From: a virus
Strand: one strand, 5' to 3'
IMG/VR virus record: IMGVR_UViG_3300042898_002514
Length of the DNA: 64,000 nt
In this document: positions 48,259 through 57,576 of the stretch, piece after piece
How the letters are laid out: each line of letters opens with the position of its first letter
Numbering within the stretch: position 1 is the stretch's first letter
Translations under genes and position numbers: made by a program
The notes under the pieces: model-generated
Databases searched by the model: none
Told to the model about the DNA's origin: nothing
The model's input: the letters and a program-made list of their open reading frames with translations, nothing else

Positions 48259-50319
48259 ATGAAAAAGCTACTATTAAACCCTTGGACCGCATTGGTCACT
48301 CTAGCATTAGTATTAGGCATCCGTCTTGTAGATCCTAGTTTTATTGAAAGCGTAAGACTACGTTATTTTGACACATTAGTAACTAGTCAACCTGCCAACG
48401 ATGTTCCTGTTTATACAGTCAACATTGATGAAGCAACTCTAGACAAGCTAGGACAGTTTCCTTTCCCTAGAGACATGTATGCTGATATCATTAAAGAGAT
48501 TTATAGACGTGATGCCGGACTGGTTGTGTTTAACGTGCTAATGCCAGAGAAAGATCGTTTTGGCAAGGATGCCGTACTAGGTGAAACACTTAAGAAGTAT
48601 CCTGTGGTATTACCAGCACTAGGAAGTGAACGTCAAAAGAATATTACTCATAGAACACCTGCACAAGTAATAGGCATGGATCCTAAGGGACTAGTTGTTG
48701 AGTATCCAGGATTGATTAGTAATGTGGAGCCGCAAGAAAGTCTAGCAGCAGGTGTTGGTATTGTTAATACATTTCCAGAGATAGACGGTGTTGTTCGTCG
48801 TATGCCCATGGTCATACTAAGTCAAGAAAAACTACATCCTAGTCTAGCATTAGAGACACTGCGTGTGGCTGCCAAGGATCCCAAGTTCCAAGTCAAGATT
48901 GGTGACATGGGTGTAGAAGCTGTGCGTGTTCCTAAGTTTGGCAAAGTACCAACGGACAACGAAGGTCGTGTTTGGATTGATTGGTCAGCAACGCCTAGAG
49001 AATACAGTTACATGCAGTTGCCTGAATCATTTGACGGCGGTATTGTTATTGTTGGACTCAGTGCTGCTGGTCTGGTAAACCCTGTTAGTACAGCCAAAGG
49101 TGAAGTATGGCCACAATACCTACAAGGTGCAGTCATTGGCACTATGATGACGCAGAGCAACATACAGCGTCCAGGTTGGGCTGACCAAGCTGAGATCATT
49201 GCCTTGCTGGCCGCTGGATTACTAGTACTATTTTTATCAAGGTGGACCTATGCTTTTATTCCTGTTGTTGTCTTTCTCGGCGGCAGTCATTTCGCTATAT
49301 CTTATCTATATGAAAACTCCAGAATCCTATTGGACGCCACTTGGTTTGTTGTTGGCTGTAGTCTGGTATACATTCACGCTTATAGTGTCAAATTTTTAAG
49401 CGAGTACTTGCAAAAGTCACAGATTAAGAAACAGTTTGGCAGCTATGTAAATCCTGTAATTGTTGAACGCCTACAAAAAGATCCTAGCTTTATTAAACTA
49501 GGCGGAGAGAAGAAAGACCTTACCATCATCATGAGTGACATGCGCAACTTTACTGGCCTAGGTGAAACCTATGGTGATGACGTTGTGGCATTTACACAAA
49601 CAATGAATCGTTATATGACTGCCATTGCTGAACCTATACTGCGCAACAATGGATGCTTGATCAAGTTCATTGGTGATGCTAGTCTGCACGTTCATGGTGC
49701 TCCGATCCAAGAGCTTCAAGATCCTGATCATGCTCACGCTGCTGTCCGCACTGGACTAGAAATGATTCATGCTGTTGAACTGTTTAACATCGAACTTGAA
49801 CGAGAAGGAAAGCCACGTGTAGGTATGGGTTTGGGTATTAACACCGGTCCTACACTAATCGGTAACATTGGTAGTAAAGACCGATTTGGATATGATGTAC
49901 TAGGTGACTCAGTTAGTTTAACAGCACGACTAGAAAGTCAAACCAAGAACTATGGACAACTAATCATTATCAGTGAAAGCACAGAGAAGCGTGTTAACGA
50001 TCAGTACTTTACTATTCCTTTAGACTGTATTGCAGTCAAGGGCAAGACCATTGGTGTTAATATTTTTACTGTATTCTACATGCCTGATGAAACTGTAGCA
50101 GTTAAATGGAACACTGCCCGTGATATGCATAACGGTATGTTGACCTATTATAAGCAGCAAAAGTGGGATGACGCTATAGAATTATGCAAGACACTCACTG
50201 GTGAATTTGACGGCAATATGGATCACTACTATGAACTGTGGATTGAGCGTATAGCTGATATGCGCTCTAGAGATTTACCAAAAGATTGGGACGGTACCTA
50301 CAAAGCTACCTCGAAGTAA
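48259..50319 (+). CDS. CHASE2-domain class III adenylate/guanylate cyclase
   Basis: VNIDEATLDKLGQFPFPR, DGVVRR, three TMs, SDMRNFT, KFIGDA, GDSVSLTARLES; start revised to MKKLLL. Confidence 0.95.
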   Translation: MKKLLLNPWTALVTLALVLGIRLVDPSFIESVRLRYFDTLVTSQPANDVPVYTVNIDEATLDKLGQFPFPRDMYADIIKEIYRRDAGLVVFNVLMPEKDRFGKDAVLGETLKKYPVVLPALGSERQKNITHRTPAQVIGMDPKGLVVEYPGLISNVEPQESLAAGVGIVNTFPEIDGVVRRMPMVILSQEKLHPSLALETLRVAAKDPKFQVKIGDMGVEAVRVPKFGKVPTDNEGRVWIDWSATPREYSYMQLPESFDGGIVIVGLSAAGLVNPVSTAKGEVWPQYLQGAVIGTMMTQSNIQRPGWADQAEIIALLAAGLLVLFLSRWTYAFIPVVVFLGGSHFAISYLYENSRILLDATWFVVGCSLVYIHAYSVKFLSEYLQKSQIKKQFGSYVNPVIVERLQKDPSFIKLGGEKKDLTIIMSDMRNFTGLGETYGDDVVAFTQTMNRYMTAIAEPILRNNGCLIKFIGDASLHVHGAPIQELQDPDHAHAAVRTGLEMIHAVELFNIELEREGKPRVGMGLGINTGPTLIGNIGSKDRFGYDVLGDSVSLTARLESQTKNYGQLIIISESTEKRVNDQYFTIPLDCIAVKGKTIGVNIFTVFYMPDETVAVKWNTARDMHNGMLTYYKQQKWDDAIELCKTLTGEFDGNMDHYYELWIERIADMRSRDLPKDWDGTYKATSK

Positions 50320-50670
50320 TCAGTCGCCGGCAGCGCCTTTAATTTCTTCTTTTGTAGCCTTACGCTTGCCGATTGGCGGCCCTTCTTCTTCTGAAACTTT
50401 GTTGATTTCGTGTTCGGCCTTGATACGTTCGTACTCAATGGTCTTGCCACGTAGTTCCATGACAGTTTCTACTTTCTGATTCAACCTGATAAGATCGTTA
50501 TCAAGCATACGAATACGATCAATAAGAGCGATAAGAGTTCCATTGGCTTGTCCTATAACGGGTTTGATTTCTGTGGTAACCCAGGTCCACACGTAATAGA
50601 TGAAGTATCCCATGCCACCTGCGGCCACAATAGGAAAACCATATTTGTTTACTAGTTCTACTGGATCCAT
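50320..50670 (-). CDS. Small membrane/coiled-coil protein
   Basis: YGFPIVAAGGMGYFIYY TM; LIDRIRMLDNDLIRL. Confidence 0.75.
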   Translation of the reverse strand: MDPVELVNKYGFPIVAAGGMGYFIYYVWTWVTTEIKPVIGQANGTLIALIDRIRMLDNDLIRLNQKVETVMELRGKTIEYERIKAEHEINKVSEEEGPPIGKRKATKEEIKGAAGD

Positions 50671-50798
50671 TTTAATTGTTCCTTAAAATTGCTAGGATCA
50701 AACGATCGTTTAATTCTTTCCATAATTCGGGTTGGGCGTCTTTGTCTATGTTAACGGCTACTGCATGTAGTAATGCTATCTCTTGACAGTCGATCATG

Positions 50799-51077
50799 TT
50801 AATCTTTCCTTTGATCTGCTTGTTCTGCTCTACTGATACGATCGTAGTCAGGTTGTAGACCTAATGCATGACTTACTTTAACATCAATACGCTGTAGTTG
50901 ATTGGTCATGGTGTCAACACGACTGTCTAGGCCTTTGATAATTCCCCCCATTCCATTTACACTGCTAGTAACTCCAGCAAGGATAAATTTTAGTGTTAGG
51001 AAAACAAAGTAGCCAGCCGCCATGGCACCTGCTATAGGAAACCCAAGTTCGGCCACTAGTTTAAAAAAATCACCCAT
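50799..51077 (-). CDS. Small membrane/coiled-coil protein, paralog of 50320-50670
   Basis: LGFPIAGAMAAGYFVF TM; LDSRVDTMTNQLQRID. Confidence 0.75.
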   Translation of the reverse strand: MGDFFKLVAELGFPIAGAMAAGYFVFLTLKFILAGVTSSVNGMGGIIKGLDSRVDTMTNQLQRIDVKVSHALGLQPDYDRISRAEQADQRKD

Positions 51078-51291
51078 GTTCTTGTTCCCCTTCTTTTATG
51101 AATTTCTCCAGGGGGTCCAGCTTTCTCAGCATGGCTCGGCCGTCAATATTTTGAACAACAAAGCAGTCACCCGCTTTCCAGCCCAATTTATCAATGTTTA
51201 GTTCTTTGTCCAGAATGATAGATTCTGGGTTGACATCCCAATCGTAGTCGTAGTACTTCACCGATTCGCTCCCGGTATAATTTATATACAT
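51070..51291 (-). CDS. Hypothetical protein
   Basis: LDKELNIDKLGWKAGD, AbrB-like pattern. Confidence 0.6.
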   Translation of the reverse strand: MYINYTGSESVKYYDYDWDVNPESIILDKELNIDKLGWKAGDCFVVQNIDGRAMLRKLDPLEKFIKEGEQEHG

Positions 51292-51356
51292 ATTTAATCA
51301 GGTTGACAGAAATTAAAACTGACTGTATAATATACATACATTACCTGGAACATTCT

Positions 51357-52211
51357 ATGAAAATTAAACTGGTATCGGATCTGCATTTAGAATTCAGTGA
51401 TATCAATATCCAAAATGATCAAGATTACGATGTTTTGATTCTCGGTGGCGATATTATGATTGCACAGGATCTACATGACCACATTGCCGCTGATTTCAAT
51501 CCGTATAGCAGTGGCGCATTTGCCGATCTTAGCCGTAAAATGCAACGTGTTGCTCGCTTCCGTGATTTTTTCAAGCGTTGTAGTTTTCAGTTCCCCCATG
51601 TAATTTACATTATGGGCAATCACGAATTCTATCACGGCAAATTTTATGCGGCTATTGATTATATGCGTGAAGAAGTTGCCAAGTATCCTAACATCTACTT
51701 GTTAGAACAGGATATGAAAATTATCGACGATGTTGTGTTTGTGGGTGGAACATTGTGGACAGATATGAATGGTCGTGATCCACTTACAATGCATGCCATC
51801 AAAGACATGATGAACGATTTCCGAATTGTGCGAAATGACAAACGTGAGTATGCAGCTATGAGTCCGTTGGATGTTGCCATACGTCACGATAAGACGCTGA
51901 GTTACATCAAACTGATTGTTCAAGAACATAAAGATAAGAAGTGCGTGGTAGTCGGGCACCACGCACCTAGTTTTAAAAGTGTCAGTGAACAATACGCTAG
52001 TCAAACACTTATGAACGGTGGATATGCCAGTGACCTAAGTGAGTTCATTATGGATCACCCGCAGATTAAATTGTGGACACACGGGCACATGCATCAGCCA
52101 TTTGATTATATGATTGGAGAGACTCGTGTTGTTTGCAACCCACGTGGTTACGAAAACGATGGCTACAGTGAAAACAGTGGTTGGAATCCTAACATAGTAT
52201 TGGAAGTATAA
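51357..52211 (+). CDS. Calcineurin-like metallophosphoesterase
   Basis: SDLHLE, GGD, GNHE, GHHAP, HGHMH, NPRGY; TTGACA-N17-TATAAT upstream. Confidence 0.92.
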   Translation: MKIKLVSDLHLEFSDINIQNDQDYDVLILGGDIMIAQDLHDHIAADFNPYSSGAFADLSRKMQRVARFRDFFKRCSFQFPHVIYIMGNHEFYHGKFYAAIDYMREEVAKYPNIYLLEQDMKIIDDVVFVGGTLWTDMNGRDPLTMHAIKDMMNDFRIVRNDKREYAAMSPLDVAIRHDKTLSYIKLIVQEHKDKKCVVVGHHAPSFKSVSEQYASQTLMNGGYASDLSEFIMDHPQIKLWTHGHMHQPFDYMIGETRVVCNPRGYENDGYSENSGWNPNIVLEV

Positions 52212-52525
52212 TGAGCAAGCCTGTGGTTATGAGTCCCGATCAATGGGGCAGTGTTCTCGAACGCATCAAGCAACGAGAAAAGCCCAGTGTCTATCTTTCA
52301 CGAACAAAGATGAAAGACGTGCTGGGCTTTACTGTGCGTGATCATAGAGAGTATGTCAAAGACCCTGATTATGTAAGACGTCCACAAGACAAAGATGAAT
52401 GGTTTTATATGGAACCAAGCGGCTGGTTCGAAGGCAAAAAGAATGTACATACTGTTCGTTTGGATTTCTACGACGAACAAAAACGCACAATGTTTTTGTT
52501 AAAATATGGTAACGGCCAAGATTGA
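52211..52525 (+). CDS. Small protein, FxLK-tail family
   Basis: FYDEQKRTMFLLKY. Confidence 0.7.
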   Translation: MSKPVVMSPDQWGSVLERIKQREKPSVYLSRTKMKDVLGFTVRDHREYVKDPDYVRRPQDKDEWFYMEPSGWFEGKKNVHTVRLDFYDEQKRTMFLLKYGNGQD

Positions 52526-52528
52526 ATT

Positions 52529-53344
52529 ATGAAAAAATTATTTTTGTTATTTTGTGTATGCATTTCAACTATAAGTTATTCACAACCAAGTCACGGAGCC
52601 TGGGGACTCTACGATTATGATCTCACGGAATATCAAATGGTTTATAATAGGAGTGATGTTCGTAGCATTGCTTCTATTACAAAACTGTTTACAGCAACAA
52701 CTATCCTAAGGCAGGGCCTTGATCTAGACGAGAAAGTCAAAGTTACCGGCAAGTCCAAAGGTAGATTCCCTCGAGGTGCTATGGTTCCTAGAATCGATCT
52801 AATGAAGGCCATGTTAATCAGTTCAGACAATCTAGCCGCCGAAACTCTTGCACACTCATATCCAGGCGGGTTTGATGTATTCATATCTGACACAAATCAA
52901 TGGGTGATGGGAACAGGGCTTACCAGAACTCGAATTGTAGATGCCAGTGGCCTGCTGCCTGGTAATGTCAGCACTATAGATAATCTTGTTGCTTTTTTAT
53001 TTAGAATTAAAGACCATGACATCATTCAAGCTATATCCAATGAACGAACAACCACATTAAAGTTACCAAAAGGTAAAAAGACTGTCAAGATAAATCTAAG
53101 AAATACCAATCCTACATTATTTGAATTTGATAATATTATTATTTCTAAAACAGGATTTACAAATCCTGCAGGTAGGTGTGTGGCAATGTTGGTTAGAAAA
53201 GAAGATAGATTGTATGCTGTGATTGTGCTAGGACAGCCCAATGTAAAAGAACGCAGTCAACTGGCCAACGAACTGATCAGCAAAGAACCAATTCCACAAG
53301 CACCCCCTGTGTACCAAACTATTGAATTTGCATTTCCTCTATGA
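52529..53344 (+). CDS. Peptidase S11 D-alanyl-D-alanine endo/carboxypeptidase (PBP7-like)
   Basis: Signal peptide, SITK, SDN, KTG motifs. Confidence 0.92.
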   Translation: MKKLFLLFCVCISTISYSQPSHGAWGLYDYDLTEYQMVYNRSDVRSIASITKLFTATTILRQGLDLDEKVKVTGKSKGRFPRGAMVPRIDLMKAMLISSDNLAAETLAHSYPGGFDVFISDTNQWVMGTGLTRTRIVDASGLLPGNVSTIDNLVAFLFRIKDHDIIQAISNERTTTLKLPKGKKTVKINLRNTNPTLFEFDNIIISKTGFTNPAGRCVAMLVRKEDRLYAVIVLGQPNVKERSQLANELISKEPIPQAPPVYQTIEFAFPL

Positions 53345-53592
53345 ATACAACACTGCCTTCTATTAGAGAAGTTCTAGCAACAAGAGTGAGAGCTGTGTTT
53401 CCCTATAGGATCAATTTTGACAAGGTAGGTTATGAAAATCTACCGCTGATGAAATCTTGGTGTGAAGATAACTGTAAAAGCCTTTGGCGTTGCGAAAGCT
53501 ATCACACACTGTATTTTCAATTTGAAGATGACTATGATGCCACTATGTTTATGCTTCGTTGGGGCTCAGCAGAAGGCAATAAATTAAAATGA
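53341..53592 (+). CDS. Small protein, FxLK-tail family
   Basis: WCEDN...FEDDYDATMFMLRW. Confidence 0.7.
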   Translation: MNTTLPSIREVLATRVRAVFPYRINFDKVGYENLPLMKSWCEDNCKSLWRCESYHTLYFQFEDDYDATMFMLRWGSAEGNKLK

Positions 53593-53936
53593 CAAAAACT
53601 AAAGATTATCAATTTGAACCCAGTCAAGGTTTTTTTGGTAAGCCTCCAACACGGAATACATACAAATATATGCAAATAGGCGATCAAGTAGAGGAAGTAA
53701 GAGAAATAGTAGTACACGAATTCATGATGGGCGATGTTGATGATCCGGACTTATATGCAGCCCAACCATTATGGGAATGGCAACAAAGCGAACAAGGACA
53801 ATGGATTATGTTAAATGCTATAGAAACTCCTTGTTGGTATAGAATTCCAGATCAACTACAATATGGATACAAGTTTCAAGTCCGCGCCAAACTATCGGGG
53901 CCTAGACTCACAGAATATCTACTGAGGCAAAGCTAA
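53589..53936 (+). CDS. Conserved jumbo-phage small protein
   Basis: GDVDDPDLYAAQPLWEWQQSEQGQW. Confidence 0.7.
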   Translation: MTKTKDYQFEPSQGFFGKPPTRNTYKYMQIGDQVEEVREIVVHEFMMGDVDDPDLYAAQPLWEWQQSEQGQWIMLNAIETPCWYRIPDQLQYGYKFQVRAKLSGPRLTEYLLRQS

Positions 53937-54184
53937 TGACAGTGGCCATGATGTCAACCAAGACTAAAAAAAGTTTTCCAAAACCTACAGAAGGACTTAT
54001 GTCCGTGCTCAAGGACTATCACGTTGTTCGCCTACCATACACTGACGATCTATACAACGATATGCTGACTTGGTGTTTGGAACATTGCCAAAATAAATTT
54101 AGAGATATGCAGGAATCGAACGGTCGTGCTTGGTATTTTCAAAATCCAGAAGATGCCATGATGTTTGCAATGAAATGGAGTTGA
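53936..54184 (+). CDS. Small protein, FxLK-tail family
   Basis: WCLEH...FQNPEDAMMFAMKW. Confidence 0.7.
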   Translation: MTVAMMSTKTKKSFPKPTEGLMSVLKDYHVVRLPYTDDLYNDMLTWCLEHCQNKFRDMQESNGRAWYFQNPEDAMMFAMKWS

Positions 54185-54185
54185 C

Positions 54186-54461
54186 GTGTATATTTGGGAT
54201 GAAGAGTATAAAAAATTAGCACCGCCTCAAGAAATCCTTGATAAATGCCATCAGGTAATTATTACAGATGTCGATGCAGGCGGCCAAGGCGAACCATTTT
54301 GGAAAATTAAAAAATGGGCAAGGACTCATTGCACGAGTTTTGTTTGGATGGAAGTATCGGACGTCAGTGATGTGAGCCTTCATTGGGATGAATTAGCCTG
54401 TTACTATTTTGGCGACGAGAGGGATGCGCTAATGTTTAAACTCAAATACAAAAGCAGTTGA
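54186..54461 (+). CDS. Small protein, FxLK-tail family
   Basis: WARTH...FGDERDALMFKLKY. Confidence 0.7.
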   Translation: MYIWDEEYKKLAPPQEILDKCHQVIITDVDAGGQGEPFWKIKKWARTHCTSFVWMEVSDVSDVSLHWDELACYYFGDERDALMFKLKYKSS

Positions 54462-54515
54462 CTTTAATCAAGATTTGTGTTATACTAGACGTACACTTAC
54501 ATACAGGAAAATAAA

Positions 54516-54737
54516 ATGATATATATTCTGCTGTTCTTAGGATTAAATCAAACACCGGCACATTTAGGCACATACTCTAATCTTCAAAGTTGTCAAAATG
54601 CAATCCGTGGGATTTACCAAACCAAGATGACTCCGCGAGGAATTGATCTCAGTGTTGAGCTGCAAGAAAGTATTAGATTCGCCGTTGACAACAAACTAAA
54701 ATATCAGCAGGATTATATCTGTCAGATCAAAGAATAA
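54516..54737 (+). CDS. Small hypothetical protein
   Basis: AGGA SD, sigma70-like promoter upstream. Confidence 0.65.
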   Translation: MIYILLFLGLNQTPAHLGTYSNLQSCQNAIRGIYQTKMTPRGIDLSVELQESIRFAVDNKLKYQQDYICQIKE

Positions 54738-54738
54738 A

Positions 54739-55023
54739 ATGAAAACTAGAGAAGAAATTATCAATTCGATGTGTTATACCTGGCGACACGATTTTGGATT
54801 AGACAAGGATCCCAACGATGACTCTATTGCGTCAGGTATGACTGCCATTGAACGTGTGCTTTTATGGAATGCCATGGCACAGATATTTGACAATGACATT
54901 TCTCCTCTGTTAGATGAAGCGAATGATATCCAGCGTGGCACTAGAATAGTGTTGCCAAAAACTCAAGAACAGGCCGAAGCTATGTTGGCGTCGGCAGAAT
55001 TTTACTTGGACTCAAACAAATGA
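54739..55023 (+). CDS. Hypothetical protein
   Basis: MCYTWRHDFGL...MAQIFDNDI. Confidence 0.7.
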   Translation: MKTREEIINSMCYTWRHDFGLDKDPNDDSIASGMTAIERVLLWNAMAQIFDNDISPLLDEANDIQRGTRIVLPKTQEQAEAMLASAEFYLDSNK

Positions 55024-55445
55024 AAATTGGACTTAGCTATAGCCGTTGTGTTTTGGACATTGTTGAGGGCCGTGTTGACATTGACGATGTACTGGTATTG
55101 ATCACTCGTACAGATTTTGATCCACGAGATGATGAACAGTGGAGTGGAATTTGGTCAGGTTATTGTCACGGCGGCATGAGTAATCCCGAATGGGGCAATT
55201 ACGATTCTCAAAGTAAAGAGGATGAAGACAAATTCCGTAGTGTGAGTATTATGCTCTACTCAGATGGTAAGATGCACCAACCTCGCCAATTTGGTGCTCA
55301 TCCTCGCCGGCGTCCGGAAATTTGGTTGGAAGCAGTATTACCTAGCAGTGAATTGGAAACAAATCCAGCCGCTAAAATGGCCTGGGATAACTTCCAGGTA
55401 ATTTCAGGATTGACTAACGTTAAGCTAGATAAGGAATATAGTTGA
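55020..55445 (+). CDS. Hypothetical protein
   Basis: MKIGLSYSRCVLDI...GKMHQPR. Confidence 0.72.
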   Translation: MKIGLSYSRCVLDIVEGRVDIDDVLVLITRTDFDPRDDEQWSGIWSGYCHGGMSNPEWGNYDSQSKEDEDKFRSVSIMLYSDGKMHQPRQFGAHPRRRPEIWLEAVLPSSELETNPAAKMAWDNFQVISGLTNVKLDKEYS

Positions 55446-55729
55446 TCTCATTTAACTTTACCATCCGCAACTCGTGGTGTGCTCGTTTTGATAATCTGTG
55501 GTGCCGTAGTTACACAACTCCGTTTACGAACAAGGTCATTGAACTAGAAGTTACTAGGGAAAGTGTTCTAGTGTCGTTCAGTTTTAGTTGGACTGTACGG
55601 CAAGACCACGCCGGCCTTGATTTTGAAGCTGGCCTGTTTGGGTACTGTGTGCATTTTAACTTCTACGATAATAGACATTGGAACTACGAAAAGAAAGCGT
55701 GGGAAACCTATGAAGAAAATTTACTATGA
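55442..55729 (+). CDS. Hypothetical protein
   Basis: TTG start with AAGGA SD; DHAG...YDNRHW. Confidence 0.6.
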   Translation: MISFNFTIRNSWCARFDNLWCRSYTTPFTNKVIELEVTRESVLVSFSFSWTVRQDHAGLDFEAGLFGYCVHFNFYDNRHWNYEKKAWETYEENLL

Positions 55730-56168
55730 AAAAGTTGGGCGACGGTATGTGCCTGTTGCAGAATATGACAACGACTTTTTGGACAGCTTTCCAAAAGGTA
55801 ACCACCTGGTTATGTCTTATCCCGGAGGCAGTAGTCGTAGGTTTAATATTGATCCTAACTATGCGGCTATGATTGCCGCGGGTAGAGTTGCTGAAGATGC
55901 CATATGTCGAGCAATTAGCAAAGCCAGCGAAATGCGACCTCAACGAACTCCGATTACTCTAGGGCAGAAAAAAGCCTGGGAAAAGTTAGCCAAAGAGTTT
56001 GGTGATGAACTATGCTCACTAACTTACGGCAGTTCTAGAGATCATGCAGAAGCTGGCATTAAAGCCATGCAGGATGAAGCAGACAAATTGATGAAACACG
56101 ACGGTGTTCGTAAAGCCTACGAGCAGTTTCAGCTAATATGCGAGTTGACCAAGGAACGCCATGGATAG
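55710..56168 (+). CDS. Hypothetical protein
   Basis: Start revised to MKKIYYEKVGRRYVPV. Confidence 0.7.
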   Translation: MKKIYYEKVGRRYVPVAEYDNDFLDSFPKGNHLVMSYPGGSSRRFNIDPNYAAMIAAGRVAEDAICRAISKASEMRPQRTPITLGQKKAWEKLAKEFGDELCSLTYGSSRDHAEAGIKAMQDEADKLMKHDGVRKAYEQFQLICELTKERHG

Positions 56169-56349
56169 AAGCGAAATGCAGACTAGAATGGCAGAATTGA
56201 TGTTGCCAATTGAAAAACAAATACTCATGTGTGATGATCGGCAGGATCTACTCATGATGGCCTGTGCTATGTTACAGCACGTAAACACCATTTTTACACA
56301 GGAATTAGGCGAAGCGGGCAAAAATCAGATGTTTCGAGATATGCTTTAG
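56161..56349 (+). CDS. Small hypothetical protein
   Basis: AAGGA SD, coupled. Confidence 0.65.
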   Translation: MDRSEMQTRMAELMLPIEKQILMCDDRQDLLMMACAMLQHVNTIFTQELGEAGKNQMFRDML

Positions 56350-56375
56350 AATAAACTTATGCTATAATTATCACA

Positions 56376-56969
56376 GTGATAAGTAATAGTAATCCCAAGG
56401 AGCAGATCTTGAAGAAAATTGATGAGTTCAATGCTAGTGATAGAATTGGCGTAAAATTATTAGACAATTCCATCCACTATCTCGGTGGTGAAATCACTGC
56501 TGAAAATGTGGAGGAATGCATCAAATGGATTGTTTATGAAAATCTCGAAGTCAAGGAAAAAATACTCACCCTTTATGTAAATTCCACAGGGGGAGATCTA
56601 TATCAAGCATTTGCTCTTATAGACATCATGCAGAGCAGTAAACACAGTGTGAGAACTATTGGTGTTGGCAGTATAATGAGTGCTGCCTTTTTGATTTTTG
56701 CTGCGGGCGCCAAAGGAGAACGATACCTAGCTGCCAACACAGGAATTATGTGTCATCAGTTTTCTGGGAGTGCCGCTGATATTAAGTTTCACGACCTCAA
56801 GGCTGAAATGAAGGAAAACGAATTCTTGAATCAAAAGATGATCAATATACTGCAACAGGCCACGGATCTAACACCATCAAAGATAAAATCAAAATTGTTA
56901 CCGGCTTCAGACGTTTATATGACTGTTCAAGAAGCACTAGATTTTGGTATCGCAGATCAATTACTATAG
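56376..56969 (+). CDS. Second, divergent ClpP-like protease (start uncertain)
   Basis: YVNSTGGD, SIMSAA, IMCHQ, DVYMTVQEALDFGIAD. Confidence 0.85.
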   Translation: MISNSNPKEQILKKIDEFNASDRIGVKLLDNSIHYLGGEITAENVEECIKWIVYENLEVKEKILTLYVNSTGGDLYQAFALIDIMQSSKHSVRTIGVGSIMSAAFLIFAAGAKGERYLAANTGIMCHQFSGSAADIKFHDLKAEMKENEFLNQKMINILQQATDLTPSKIKSKLLPASDVYMTVQEALDFGIADQLL

Positions 56970-56976
56970 GACACAC

Positions 56977-57231
56977 ATGGAAGTCATCAGCATCAACAGC
57001 AAACGCAAAGAAGATATTCAACAGCAAGAACAAAAGAAAGCCATGTTAGCAGTGATTGAATTCATCAAAGCGGAAATAGAAAGCGATAGCATAAAAGAAT
57101 TTGTGGCCTGCTCAATCGACGACGGCGGAGAAGTCCAGATACACGTGGCAGCAATGGATCTCCCTGGAAGTGTGGGTCTGTTTGAAATCGGCAAACACAT
57201 TTTGATCACGGGTGAAACAACATTTGAGTGA
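56977..57231 (+). CDS. Hypothetical protein
   Basis: AGGA SD; start revised to MEVISIN. Confidence 0.7.
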   Translation: MEVISINSKRKEDIQQQEQKKAMLAVIEFIKAEIESDSIKEFVACSIDDGGEVQIHVAAMDLPGSVGLFEIGKHILITGETTFE

Positions 57232-57269
57232 ATGTGGTAAAAAAGCCACATAATCAGATCATATTTTTG

Positions 57270-57298
57270 TTGACATATAAATAAAAAGACATTACAAT
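57270..57298 (+). promoter_or_regulatory. Sigma70 promoter P1 of the tRNA operon
   Basis: TTGACA-N17-TACAAT. Confidence 0.8.
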
Positions 57299-57355
57299 AC
57301 ATACAGTTGGTTAGGAAGGCGTCAAAATTTATTTTGCCAAAACGGCAAATAGAGG

Positions 57356-57384
57356 TTGACAAGAGAACTAAATAACTGTATAAT
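57356..57384 (+). promoter_or_regulatory. Sigma70 promoter P2 of the tRNA operon
   Basis: Perfect TTGACA-N17-TATAAT, followed by a 5' hairpin at 57391-57413. Confidence 0.9.
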
Positions 57385-57432
57385 TAAAACATAGACAGCA
57401 AGGTGCTGTTTATAAAAGGAAAAAGAAAGCAA

Positions 57433-57576
57433 ATGAAATCATTTAACAGACATCAGTTTAATACGATGCCCAAACAGGTAGGTGTAATAGCCTGCTCTTG
57501 GTTATCGATTAATGGTGGAAGTTTATCATATGATCGTACACCAGAGATTTCAAGGGTCCGGGAGGACGTAGTGTAA
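57433..57576 (+). CDS. Putative attenuator leader peptide (47 aa, all 20 amino acids)
   Basis: MKSFNRHQFNTMPKQVGVIACSWLSINGGSLSYDRTPEISRVREDVV; purine-rich RBS (AAGGA 57416-57420); below the ORF-track cutoff. Confidence 0.7.
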   Translation: MKSFNRHQFNTMPKQVGVIACSWLSINGGSLSYDRTPEISRVREDVV

